Shown piece by piece: positions 9,524-17,956 of a stretch of 32,000 nucleotides of DNA; the stretch's first letter is position 1; every line of letters begins with the position of its first letter. Source of the stretch: Kineococcus radiotolerans SRS30216 = ATCC BAA-149 (GTDB lineage: Bacteria > Actinomycetota > Actinomycetes > Actinomycetales > Kineococcaceae); assembly GCF_000017305.1 (NCBI RefSeq), contig NC_009664.2:4350001-4382000 (forward strand). Direction: 5' to 3'. Both the position numbers and the translations under genes were made by a program. The notes beneath the pieces are model-generated. The model saw only the letters and a list, made by a program, of their open reading frames with translations. It was not told the DNA's origin and did not search any database.

Positions 9524-10177
9524 TCAGACGGAACGGCCGAGCGCCGCGGTGGTCGCGTCGAAGGAGAGCGGTCGTGGGGTCAACGCTTCGACATCGTGCG
9601 AGGGGCGGGTTCCGTCGATGAGGAGTTGGGCGTACCGACGCCACACGCGGGGGTCGTCGGAGCGGGTGACGTCAGCGACCTTCCCGACCATGAAGGCGAG
9701 CAGGCACACCTCGTGCGAACTCAAGCCAGGACGCAGCTGCCCGGCCCGGACGGCGCGGTCGATCAGGTCGTCGACGCCGGGAAGCAGTCGGCGCTGCAGT
9801 TCGGCGGTGAAGTGGCTGCGGCCGGTGGGTGAGGTGAGGACCACCTCCAGGCCCCGGTCACCGGCGCGTTGCTCCATGAGCGCCAGCAGGAAGTCGCGAA
9901 AGGCCTCCCCGGGGCCGCGCTGGGCGGGCGCAGCCTCGACGAGCCGCACCAGGGCCTCGACCTTGTCCTCCACCAGGGCGTCGAGGAGGGCGGTCTTGTC
10001 GGGGAACTTGCGGTAGACGGTGGCCACCCCGACGCCGGCGGCGCGGGCGACGTCGTTGAGCGTCGCGTCCGCGCCCACGTCGGCGAACACCCTCGTCGCG
10101 GCGTCCAGGACGCGCCGGCGGTTCCGCTCGGCGTCGGCGCGGGGGGCGCGGGTGGAGGTGGAACTGCTCGGGGCCAT
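9524..10177 (-). CDS. TetR/AcrR family transcriptional regulator
   Basis: N-terminal HTH RRVLDAATRVFADVGADATLNDVARAAGVGVATVYRKFPDK. Confidence 0.92.
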   Translation of the reverse strand: MAPSSSTSTRAPRADAERNRRRVLDAATRVFADVGADATLNDVARAAGVGVATVYRKFPDKTALLDALVEDKVEALVRLVEAAPAQRGPGEAFRDFLLALMEQRAGDRGLEVVLTSPTGRSHFTAELQRRLLPGVDDLIDRAVRAGQLRPGLSSHEVCLLAFMVGKVADVTRSDDPRVWRRYAQLLIDGTRPSHDVEALTPRPLSFDATTAALGRSV

Positions 10178-10194
10178 GCCGTGACCCTACCACT

Positions 10195-10223
10195 AAACGG
10201 AACTGATCAATCCGTATCCGTTT
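10195..10223. promoter_or_regulatory. AT-rich nested palindrome, candidate TetR operator
   Basis: AAACGGAactgatcaatccgtaTCCGTTT has inner arms ACGGA/TCCGT and a central TGATCA. It lies 18 bp upstream of the tetR start. Confidence 0.5.
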
Positions 10224-10227
10224 CAGG

Positions 10228-10450
10228 GGCACCGTGAGGTCTGCGCGGTTCATCGGCACGGTTCGTGTTCGCCCGCTCATCGACGACGTGCGGGTGATCC
10301 TCATGCGTGGATTGCGCTCGCTCGCCGACAGGACCGTGAGGTCGCCAGCCGTCGACGTCCGCCCGGATCGCGGGATGACCGTGACGTCGCACACCGCGGG
10401 ATGACCGGGTCCTGACGCGTTGCCGCTGAGGCTGGATGACGGTTCTGCTC
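10228..10450 (+). repeat. junction repeat cluster A (five full or partial direct copies)
   Basis: The copies are ACCGTGAGGTC (10231-10241), caGGACCGTGAGGTCGCC (10329-10346), GCCCGGATCGCGGGATGACCGTGACGTCGC (10361-10390), CGCGGGATGACCGGGTCCTGACGCG (10395-10419) and GCTGGATGACGGTTCTGCTC (10431-10450). Confidence 0.9.
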
Positions 10451-10686
10451 TCCTGCCCTGGCTGGAACCGTGGTGAGGAGCCGGTGATGGTGGACGGTGC
10501 GGCGCCCGTCGGTGATGTCGGCGGGGCCGACCAGCTGGATCGTTCCGGCGGTGGAGTCGAGGGCCTGAAACTCACGTCGAAGCGGCTGCTTCGCGGTGCC
10601 CGGCGCACTTGTGGTCATCGGTGCGACGGCGAGGTCGTCAGCCGTTCACGACCGCACCCGAGTGAGGCGTGGCCCCACCACCCGCG

Positions 10687-11220
10687 TCAGTCCAGCGTGA
10701 GCCAGAGGGCATCGACCGCGGCCGCCACGTCTTCCTCCGCGGGAGGTCTGGTGAGCACGAAGGCTGAGATGCTGAGCTGCTCGGAGGTCCGCCAGCACAG
10801 CACCTTGCCGCTCAGCGGGGTTCCCGGGGTGTCCACGTCCTCGTCAGCTCCTCGCAGGACGACGTTGCGGGTGCAGCGCGTGCCGCCGATCGAGCGGCCG
10901 CTGTCGCCGAGCAGGTGCAGGTCGACCTTGCCGGTCATGTCGGTCCTCGTCGCGACGACGTTGAGCATCGTGGTACCGGGTGCACCGTAGCTGGTGAGCG
11001 CCGTGGGAGCGCCACCGAGACTCTCCGAGATGCTCTGCAGGAGGGAGGCATCGTTGTGGGGAGAGGTGTTCAGGCCCATGAAGGTCGGCGGCAGGTTCAC
11101 CGTGCGGGTACCGGAGGGTCCAGACGAGACGGTGAGATAGCCGGCGACCGCGATCGTCGCGAGGACGATGGGCATCGCGACGAGGGCGCGTCGGCTCACA
11201 CGGATGATCATCTGCTGCAC
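10687..11220 (-). CDS. hypothetical secreted / membrane-anchored protein
   Basis: 177 aa with an N-terminal signal-anchor (RRALVAMPIVLATIAVAGYL). No family was recognised. Confidence 0.6.
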   Translation of the reverse strand: MQQMIIRVSRRALVAMPIVLATIAVAGYLTVSSGPSGTRTVNLPPTFMGLNTSPHNDASLLQSISESLGGAPTALTSYGAPGTTMLNVVATRTDMTGKVDLHLLGDSGRSIGGTRCTRNVVLRGADEDVDTPGTPLSGKVLCWRTSEQLSISAFVLTRPPAEEDVAAAVDALWLTLD

Positions 11221-11497
11221 CTCCTGCCGGGCGCTGCGTCCAGGAAGTGCGCGTGCGCTCTGCCCATCTCGGCAGCGAGGCCCACCAGCTGTAGCCCAGG
11301 GTTGCTTGTGCTGGTGCGGGTCGAAGCGGCGGCCGACGATGGGCAGGCGGCGGCCGGCGTTCTCCAGGTCGTGCCGCCGCGGCCAGGATCCTCAGGAGCA
11401 CTGTCACGAAGAACGCACCTGCACCGATCGGTATGTCCTCTCCTCCTGGGGTCCTCATGGCAGTCGTGTTGCGTGCTGCTGCTGTAGGCGGTGCGCA

Positions 11498-11521
11498 CTG
11501 CGGGATGACCGTGAGGTCGGC
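11498..11521 (+). repeat. junction repeat, copy B
   Basis: CTGCGGGATGACCGTGAGGTCGGC; exact 12-mer core at 11500-11511. Confidence 0.9.
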
Positions 11522-11554
11522 AGACGTGTGCAGGAAGCTCGCCGCAGTGTCCGG

Positions 11555-12372
11555 TCAGCGCAGCGGGACCGGGCGGGTCAGGTCGTTGTCGTCCACGACG
11601 TGGGTGGCCTGCTGCTGCGGTGCGGCGTCGTCCAGGTACAGCTGCTGACCTTCGACGTAGCGGCGGTTGGAGGCGTCTGCTGGGGCGGGTGAACCGGAGC
11701 CGTCGCGGGCGACGCAGCGTTGCAAGGTGGTGGCCCGCTCGACGTCCAGCCACAGCGACCACGTCCAGTACCCGCGCAGCTCGGGGCGGTGCAGGAAGAT
11801 CCCGTCGACGATGAGGACGGTGCCGGGCGCGGCCTGCTGCTGCTCGGCGACGTCAGGGGTGTCGGTGCGGGCGTCGAAGACGCGGGTGCGGTACTGGCCG
11901 TGGCCGCCGGGGGCGAAGGGGTCGAGCAGGTGCTCCTGGAGGGCAGCGAGGTCGTAGGAGTCGCGGTAGAAACCTTCGGGGTCGCGGGAACCACGGGCGT
12001 GGCGCAGGGCGCGAGGGTGGTGGAAGCCGTCGATGGAGGCGTGGATCACGGGGCGGCCTCGGGTGCGCAGGGCGGTGGTGAGCTCATCGGCGAGGACGCT
12101 CTTGTCGGCTCCGTGCGGTTACCGGCTACGAGCACCGCCCGGGCGAAGTCGGCCGGGACGCGGCCGTGGTCGTGAGCTTGCCGGCCCTCGGCGCTGATGA
12201 GGTGGAAGGCGTCGTGGCTGTACGCCCACGCCGCCTTCTCCTCGACGTCGAGGACGATGCAGTCGTGGATGTCCGGTGAGGAAGTCGTCCCGTTCATCGG
12301 GTGGCGCCACTCGGGGTTCAGATCGGTGCCGAAGTGGACCGAGCCGTGCTTGCGGAGGTGTTCTTCACGCAC
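11555..12372 (-). pseudogene. uridine-kinase-like P-loop NTPase, frameshifted
   Basis: The C-terminal frame (11555..12049) reads IHASIDGFHHPRALRH...VLIVDGIFLHRPELRGYW. The N-terminal frame (12046..12372) has high GC3 and ends in AVLVAGN. Joining them needs a 1-nt shift near 12115-12123. The P-loop reads GADKS instead of GxGKS. Confidence 0.6.
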
Positions 12373-12384
12373 GGACTCCTCGCC

Positions 12385-12932
12385 CTAGCCGATCCGCACC
12401 TGGCCCTGGATGGTGCTGAGCACCCGGGTGACGCCTCGACCGACGTCGATGGTGCGCACCAGCCGGCCCGACTCGTCTCCCACGGCGTGCTCGCGCTGAG
12501 CTGACCATCGCGGTCGTCGTGGCTGAGGTGCGTCGCCCTTTCGCTGGTCTTCCCCCATAAGGCCAGCGCCTCCCCGGCAGGGCCGGAGCCGACGGTCAGC
12601 GGGTCTTGATGATCGGGCGCGCCCTCGGGGCGTCGCAGGTCGGCGGGGTGGCGCACGGGCAGCGTGGGGTAGGTGAGCACCTCTTGCCGGCGCAGCGCCT
12701 GCTGCTCCTCCCACTCGTACCGGACGCTCCGGGGACGTTCTGGACGGTCTTGATGCCACAGCTCCGAACGCTGTTGGGCGTCCCGCTCCGGATCGCCCGA
12801 CGGCGTCCACCTCGGCTCGATCCGCAGCCTCCGCTCTGCAGCCCCTCGTCGTGATCGCTCCCGCTCCGCCAGTCTCCGCCGCTTGTGCTCGCCGAACCAC
12901 TGCCCCCACCGCTGCGGGTTCCAGTGCTTCAT
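12385..12932 (-). pseudogene. hypothetical gene with an apparent frame switch near 12500
   Basis: The frame starting MKHWNPQRWGQWFGEHK has good GC3 down to about 12500. A different frame then carries high GC3 to a TAG at 12385 (…AVGDESGRLVRTIDVGRGVTRVLSTIQGQVRIG). The start is uncertain. Confidence 0.35.
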
Positions 12933-13008
12933 CCCCTCCTGCCACGTGTCCCGCACCCCGCCGTCCTGGCCCGCTCGGCCGGAGCGCGGCCGCGCAATCA
13001 CCGTCATG

Positions 13009-13070
13009 GCCGCGAGATCGCCCGCGCGCGCGATCGCGCCCGGATCGCGGGATGAGCGTGCGTGTCGAGG
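13009..13070 (+). repeat. junction repeat, copy C (bipartite)
   Basis: L box GCCGCGAGATCGCCC (13009-13023), then GCCCGGATCGCGGGATGAGCGTGCGTGTCGAGG (13037-13070). Box spacing is 45 bp. Confidence 0.8.
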
Positions 13071-13115
13071 TATCGATGCGGTACGGGCCGCTCGCTGTCC
13101 TGGCAGGCTGCCGAC

Positions 13116-13697
13116 GTGATCGTCCACGTGGTCTCCCACCCCGAGGTGCTCATCGACCCGGGCGTCCCGGTGCCGCAGTGGGGCTTGTCGCCGGCCGGGT
13201 ATGAGCGGCTGCGGCGGCTGCTGGCGATGCCGTGGGCGCGTTCGGCCTCGTTCGTGGCTTCCAGCGCCGAGCGCAAGGCGGTGCAGACGGCGCAGGTGGT
13301 GGCCGAGGTCAGCGGGTGCACCGTGCACGTCGAGGAGGATCTGGGGGAGAACGACCGCAGCGCGACGGGGTTCGTGCCGCCGGAGCGGTTCGAGGAGCTG
13401 GCTGATGCCTTCTTCGCCGAGCCTGAGCGCAGCGTGCAGGGGTGGGAGACGGCCGTCGATGCGCAGCGGCGGATCGTGGGGGCGGTGGAGCGGATCCTGG
13501 AGCGGGCGCGGCTGGTCGCCACTGCCCCCGAGGACGGCGGTGTGGTGATCGCCACGCATGGTGGTGTGGGCACGTTGCTGCAGTGCGCGCTGCGGGGGGT
13601 GGCGATCGAGCGGCGCTTCGACCAGCCGGGGCAGGGCAGTTGGTACAGCTTCGACAGCGTGACGCGGCACGTCGCGCACGGGTGGCGCCGACTGTGA
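13116..13697 (+). CDS. histidine phosphatase (phosphoglycerate-mutase-like) family protein
   Basis: VIVHVVSHPEV is a variant of the RHG motif, and VVIATHGGVGTLL is the C-terminal His motif. GTG at 13116 is preferred because the ORF-track start at 13062 lies inside repeat C. Confidence 0.75.
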   Translation: MIVHVVSHPEVLIDPGVPVPQWGLSPAGYERLRRLLAMPWARSASFVASSAERKAVQTAQVVAEVSGCTVHVEEDLGENDRSATGFVPPERFEELADAFFAEPERSVQGWETAVDAQRRIVGAVERILERARLVATAPEDGGVVIATHGGVGTLLQCALRGVAIERRFDQPGQGSWYSFDSVTRHVAHGWRRL

Positions 13698-13790
13698 CGG
13701 TTGCCCGAGTCGTGTCGCGTCGTAGCCGGGGACACACCTGTGTGCCGCCCGCCGGTTGACGTGTCGTGCAGTCGTTGGCCGCGCACGATC

Positions 13791-13816
13791 TGCGGGATGA
13801 CCGCGCGGTGGGCTCG
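13791..13816 (+). repeat. junction repeat, copy D (ATGACCGCGCGGTGG subfamily)
   Basis: TGCGGGATGACCGCGCGGTGGGCTCG; exact core at 13792-13803. Confidence 0.9.
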
Positions 13817-14256
13817 TCGCCTGACCCGCGGCAGTTGAGCACAGCGGAGTTGCTAGCTGTTGGTCAGCCCTGCGTGGAGGAAGGTCGCGCCTCGCCATCA
13901 TCACAATCCCTCCGCCTCGCGGGTAGGAGCAGTGGCGGCCTGCGGCTGGCTCTCGGTCCTGGTGGTCTCGGTGGAGCTTGGAGCGGGACTCGTCCAGGAG
14001 CCCGGCCGCCCGGCCAACCCCAGCAGGACGAGGACGACCCCGATCACGGCCACGGGGACGCCCCTCAGCGTCGTCGCTGTCCCTCGCGCCGCGGGACCGG
14101 GCCGAGCTGCTTCACCACTTCCGCTGCCTCCGGTGGATGACGAGAGCAACCACCACGATGACGAGGACCAGCCCCAGCCGAACCGGCAGAAGGAGAGAGT
14201 CGCCGCTCGTTCCCGTGCCCCGTGTCTACCTCGCAGCGTCGCTGACGGCCTGCTGG

Positions 14257-14580
14257 TCACCCGATGGGCTCAACGGTCTTACTCCTGCGTCGAGTGCGCG
14301 GTTCTCGACAGATGAGTGCAGCCGCCAGCGCGTTGCCGTGCCCGTGCCCCATGCCGTACTCGCTCTCGAGCCGAGCGACTCGTTGCACGTGGCGGGAGTC
14401 AGGGTGCTCAGCGCGGTGCTCACGCAGCAGTTGCTGCCAGTGTTCGATGGGATGTCCGTACTCGGCTTCGACGGCGGGGAAGCAGGACGTGGGGCCCTTG
14501 GTGGTTCCAGGCACGGAGTTCTCCCACCGCTGCTCGCGGGTGCCGTCAACCACGGGATCGCCGGCGGCCTGCACTTCCAC
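14257..14580 (-). CDS. DUF4287 domain protein
   Basis: KGPTSCFPAVEAEYGHPIEHWQQLL...ESEYGMGHGHGNALAAAL matches the DUF4287 pattern. The start is a GTG at 14580 or 14574. Confidence 0.7.
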   Translation of the reverse strand: MEVQAAGDPVVDGTREQRWENSVPGTTKGPTSCFPAVEAEYGHPIEHWQQLLREHRAEHPDSRHVQRVARLESEYGMGHGHGNALAAALICREPRTRRRSKTVEPIG

Positions 14581-14589
14581 GCTGGTTGG

Positions 14590-14641
14590 CAGGACCGCAG
14601 GTCGATGACGTCCTTCGCGGCGGCGTGACCGTGAGGTCGCC
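14590..14641 (+). repeat. junction repeat, copy E (two direct boxes)
   Basis: caGGACCGCAGGTCGATGACGTCC followed by GGCGTGACCGTGAGGTCGCC. It lies 10 bp upstream of the DUF4287 start. Confidence 0.75.
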
Positions 14642-14995
14642 TCCGAGCATTGAGCAGGCGGTGCCCACGTCAGGGGACGGCCGAGCTGAGGTTGGTCTCC
14701 TGGCGACGGTGGACAGGAGGGCCTCGGACGTGTGCGGCCCGGCGCGCCCCCGCCGCCGGTACGCGCCCCCGTGCACGCCTTGGATCCGGCGGGTCCAGCG
14801 GATCCTTGACGTGGGCGGGCCCGCACTGGATACCCTGCCCCGGAGCCCCCGATGGGCGAGACGAAGGAGAATCACCTCCCGGCTGGACGATGGTCTGGCC
14901 GGTTCCCCGCCGCCCGGGGGCTCCTCGTCCGGTGCATCTGGCACTGGCCCGTCGCTCCCGTGCACCTCATCCCCGCCCCACGCACAGGAGCACCC

Positions 14996-15370
14996 GTGAC
15001 TGCCGTGTTTAACCACACCATCATCGCCAGCACCGACCGCGAACGATCCGCTGCCTGGTACCGCGACTTCCTCGAAGCTCAAGACGCTCCCTCCTGGGGG
15101 CTGTTCACGAACCTGTTGATCGGGGCAGGCGTCCTCCTGCAGTTCGCCGAGCCACCGGTGGAGATCCAGATGCAGCACTACGCCTTCCTCGTGGACGATG
15201 AGCACTTCGACCGCGCCTACGGCAAGCTCGTCGAGCGCGGCATCGAGCACTGGGCTGATCCTCGACGACGACAGCCCGACCGCTGGAACACCGACCACGG
15301 CGGCCGTGGTGTCTACGTGATGGATCCGGCAGGGCACGGGATCGAACTGTTGACTCGTCCCTACCTCTGA
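14996..15370 (+). CDS. VOC (glyoxalase/bleomycin-resistance/dioxygenase) family protein
   Basis: TAVFNHTIIASTDRERSAAWYRDFL...HYAFLVDDEHFD...VYVMDPAGHGIELL. The GTG at 14996 has CAGGAG 5 nt upstream. Confidence 0.8.
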   Translation: MTAVFNHTIIASTDRERSAAWYRDFLEAQDAPSWGLFTNLLIGAGVLLQFAEPPVEIQMQHYAFLVDDEHFDRAYGKLVERGIEHWADPRRRQPDRWNTDHGGRGVYVMDPAGHGIELLTRPYL

Positions 15371-15417
15371 GGCTGTCGAGCGAGATCGTCGATCGACCGC
15401 CGGCTGCTCGGTCTTCG

Positions 15418-15484
15418 CCACGACCGCGAGGTCCTGGGCCCGTCCTGCTCGCGCGCTCATCGCGGGATGACCGGCAGGTCCGCC
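15418..15484 (+). repeat. junction repeat, copy F (bipartite)
   Basis: cacGACCGCGAGGTCCTGG, then CGCGGGATGACCGGCAGGTCCGCC. Exact core at 15462-15473. Box spacing is 47 bp. Confidence 0.9.
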
Positions 15485-15520
15485 CGCCCCCTCAGCCGGC
15501 TGCATCGGTAGCGTTCCCGG

Positions 15521-16402
15521 GTGTCCCAGCTCGATCCTCCCGCCGTCGATCGCGCCGTGACGGGGCCGCGGGGGCCGATCCCGATGCGCTGCTACCTGCC
15601 CCCGCCCGCCCCCATCGGCACGCCCACACCGACACTGGTGTGGCTGCACGGAGGTGCCTTCTTCGCCGGCGGCCTGGACCAGCCCGAGTCCGACGCCTTC
15701 GCCCGAGCCCTGGCCAGACGCGGCGTGCGGGTGGTGAGCGTCGACTACCCCCTCGCGCCCCTGCTCTCGACGCGGTGGCCGTTCCCGCACCGCTCGGCCT
15801 CCGGTGTGGCGCGGGTACGTTTCCCCGGACAGGTCCACGACCTGTCCGCAGTCCTCACCCACGTGCGAGCCACCTCCGCCGGCCCGGTGCTGCTGGGTGG
15901 GGCCAGTGCCGGCGCCTGCCTGGCGGCCGGGACCGCGGTGGCTGCCGCGGCCGGGGACGGGGGCCAGCGCCTGGACGGCGCCGTCTTGGCCTACGGGTTC
16001 TTCCACGCCCGCCTGCCCCCACGACCGCGGGCGCTGCGGGCGCGGTTGCGGGGTCGGCGCCGCTTCACCCACACGCGCTGGCCGATGACGGCGATGAACC
16101 TCAACTACACCGGATCCCGCTCGCGGCTGGGCAACCCGTCGGCCTTCCCCGGTGGGCACCGCCTGGCCGGCTTCCCGCCGACGCTGCTGCTGGATGCCGA
16201 CCGGGACGCGATGCGAGCTTCCAGCGACCTGTTCGCCGCGGACCTGGCCGCCGCGGGCGTGCGCCTGGAGCACCAGGTGCTGCCCGAGTCCGTTCACGGG
16301 TTCCTGGGTCGCCCCCACGAGCCGGCGTTCACGGCCGGGGTCGACGTCATCGCCGCCGTCATTGCCCGTTGGACGGCGGAGAGGGTCACGGCAACGGCGT
16401 GA
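15521..16402 (+). CDS. alpha/beta hydrolase (Abhydrolase_3 / HSL-like esterase)
   Basis: VWLHGGAFFAGG is an HGG motif and LLGGASAGACLA is a GxSxG motif. A C-terminal D...H pattern (LLLDADRD ... SVHGF) is present. Confidence 0.8.
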   Translation: MSQLDPPAVDRAVTGPRGPIPMRCYLPPPAPIGTPTPTLVWLHGGAFFAGGLDQPESDAFARALARRGVRVVSVDYPLAPLLSTRWPFPHRSASGVARVRFPGQVHDLSAVLTHVRATSAGPVLLGGASAGACLAAGTAVAAAAGDGGQRLDGAVLAYGFFHARLPPRPRALRARLRGRRRFTHTRWPMTAMNLNYTGSRSRLGNPSAFPGGHRLAGFPPTLLLDADRDAMRASSDLFAADLAAAGVRLEHQVLPESVHGFLGRPHEPAFTAGVDVIAAVIARWTAERVTATA

Positions 16403-16703
16403 GCGACGAGTGGTGGCGGTGCCGAGCACCGAGGACCAGGGAGGTGACGCTGAGGACGACGGCAGCGATCAACCAGGCGACGTCGTCGAGGATGTTGCTG
16501 CTGGTTCCCGTCTTATCGGCGTGGACCCCGCCCTGGTAGGACAGCTCGACCCAGACAGCGGTGAGGACGGCGCCGGTGAGGGCGAGGAGGACCGCTGCCG
16601 GTCGCCGTGGTGCTGTGGTCAGGGCGAGGACGACGGCGAACAGGACGGTGGTGCCGCCTGTCGTCAAGGCGGCCAAGGCAAGTAGAGCTACGAAGGAGTC
16701 CAC
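16386..16703 (-). CDS. small hydrophobic membrane protein (hypothetical)
   Basis: 105 aa with 3-4 TM segments. It is convergent with the esterase and overlaps its end by 17 bp. Confidence 0.45.
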   Translation of the reverse strand: MDSFVALLALAALTTGGTTVLFAVVLALTTAPRRPAAVLLALTGAVLTAVWVELSYQGGVHADKTGTSSNILDDVAWLIAAVVLSVTSLVLGARHRHHSSLTPLP

Positions 16704-16842
16704 GCGGTCAGCATGGTCAGTGAAGAGCGGGGCCGACGCCCTCGCTCCTGATCTTCACTGGGTCTGCCGGTGGAGGACACAGGCAGCTCGACGGGGCGAG
16801 CAGTTGCGCAGCACCAGCATGCTCAGTCTGAGACCGCGCCCA

Positions 16843-16866
16843 ACGCGGGATGACCGTGCGTTCCGC
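16843..16866 (+). repeat. junction repeat, copy G
   Basis: ACGCGGGATGACCGTGCGTTCCGC; exact core at 16845-16856. Confidence 0.9.
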
Positions 16867-16935
16867 GCAAGCAGCGAGTGGGCGGATGCGGAGCTGACCC
16901 CGACCGGTCCTGCGAAGCTTGGTGGTGTGAGGACC

Positions 16936-17349
16936 ATGGTCACGTTCCGACTCGTCGGAGAGTCCGGTGGCTCGGCTTCGGCGGTCACCGCCCGGTTGGG
17001 CATCGAGCCCACCTGCTCCGCGGAGGCCGGTGACCCCGTGGGTCGGGGTCGCAGTGGTCATGTGCGCGAGCAGTCGTACTGGTCGCTGCGGAGCAGCTCG
17101 TCGCCGGAGGCGGTGGAGCTGGGGGAGTCCTTGCGGCGGGTGCTGGACCAGGTGGAGCCCCTCGCGCCGCTGCTGTGGGAGCTGGCTGGGCGGGGGTACT
17201 GGGCCAACTGGTTCTGCTACGTGGGCAGTCACGCCACCGAGCATGCTGTCGAGCTGGATCGGGCGGTCCTTGCTCGACTGCTCACCCTGCCGGGGGAGCT
17301 GTGGCTGGACGTCCATGACGACGATGATGACGATGACGAAGGGCATTGA
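16936..17349 (+). CDS. DUF4279 domain protein
   Basis: MVTFRLVGESG...VTARLGIEPTCSAEAGDP...SYWSLRS...WFCYVGS...LWLDVHDDDDDDDEGH follows the DUF4279 pattern. ATG at 16936. Confidence 0.7.
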   Translation: MVTFRLVGESGGSASAVTARLGIEPTCSAEAGDPVGRGRSGHVREQSYWSLRSSSSPEAVELGESLRRVLDQVEPLAPLLWELAGRGYWANWFCYVGSHATEHAVELDRAVLARLLTLPGELWLDVHDDDDDDDEGH

Positions 17350-17365
17350 GATGAGCGGTTCGCCC
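17346..17365 (+). repeat. junction repeat, degenerate copy T
   Basis: TTGAGATGAGCGGTTCGCCC lies between the convergent DUF4279 and 17412..17846 genes. It resembles copies J1 and C. Confidence 0.4.
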
Positions 17366-17411
17366 TAGCCGCGGCGGTCGCGGTGGGGCCGCCACCGACG
17401 CGCGACGTCGA

Positions 17412-17846
17412 TCAAGGGTGCGGCGGGGTGTAGCGCGCGATCCGCTGCTGGCCCCACCCGAAGCGGCTCTCAGCGATCCAGTCCTCGAGGTGACTGGCCA
17501 GACGCTGAGCGCACTCCTGGGCGGTGAAGGAGGAGTGCTGCTCGCTGTCGAGATGGCCGCCGCGCCACGTCGGTGAGCTCAGCAGGTCCTGGAACGTCTC
17601 GCCGGCGGCGGTGACGGTGATCCACACGTCGCCGGGGTCGCCGTCGACGCCCCGGTGCAGGGTGAGTTGCTGCAGCTCCTCCTGGCTCAGCAGCGAGGTC
17701 ACGACGGGCAGAGCCACGGTGTCCTTGAGGGTGTGCAGGTGCTCGTCGTCGGCGTCGGTGGTGTCGCCGGGCCTGGCGCGGGCAGGTCCGCTGGAGGCGC
17801 CGAGGCGAAGAGTCAGCTTGCTGGAGCAGGCCGATCCTTCGTCCAT
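17412..17846 (-). CDS. hypothetical protein
   Basis: About 145 aa with non-repetitive composition (…HLHTLKDTVALPVVTSLLSQEELQQLTLH…FTAQECAQRLASHLEDWIAESRFGW). ATG at 17846. No family was recognised. Confidence 0.5.
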   Translation of the reverse strand: MDEGSACSSKLTLRLGASSGPARARPGDTTDADDEHLHTLKDTVALPVVTSLLSQEELQQLTLHRGVDGDPGDVWITVTAAGETFQDLLSSPTWRGGHLDSEQHSSFTAQECAQRLASHLEDWIAESRFGWGQQRIARYTPPHP

Positions 17847-17882
17847 GGTCAGCACGCTATGTGGGCCGCGCCCTTGCGCTCA

Positions 17883-17907
17883 AGGCGGGATGACGGTGAA
17901 GTCGGAC
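17883..17907 (+). repeat. junction repeat, copy H (variant)
   Basis: AGGCGGGATGACGGTGAAGTCGGAC. Confidence 0.8.
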
Positions 17908-17956
17908 GGTCGCTCATGGTGGCTTCGCGTGGTGCGCCGGTTGTCGTTGCGAAAGC

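Noticed and set aside
10369-10390. The repeat as a promoter, a terminator, or the start of a conserved leader peptide (ATG ACC GTG … = MTVTS/MTVRS).
   Set aside because: Copies occur between convergent stops as well as upstream of genes on either strand. There is no conserved -10 at a fixed distance, no stem-loop and no U-tract. Sequence downstream of the ATG is not conserved in frame and lacks codon bias.
13005-13007. An upstream ATG (MTVIARP…, minus strand, start at 13007) as the start of the 12385..12932 gene.
   Set aside because: It lies inside the L box of repeat copy C and the first codons have poor coding bias. The downstream ATG at 12932 is preferred, and the true start is left uncertain.
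14781-14805. A GGATCC…GGATCC short hairpin/direct repeat in the 350-bp gap upstream of the VOC gene.
   Set aside because: The stem is only 7 bp and is built from a palindromic hexamer. There is no supporting context.
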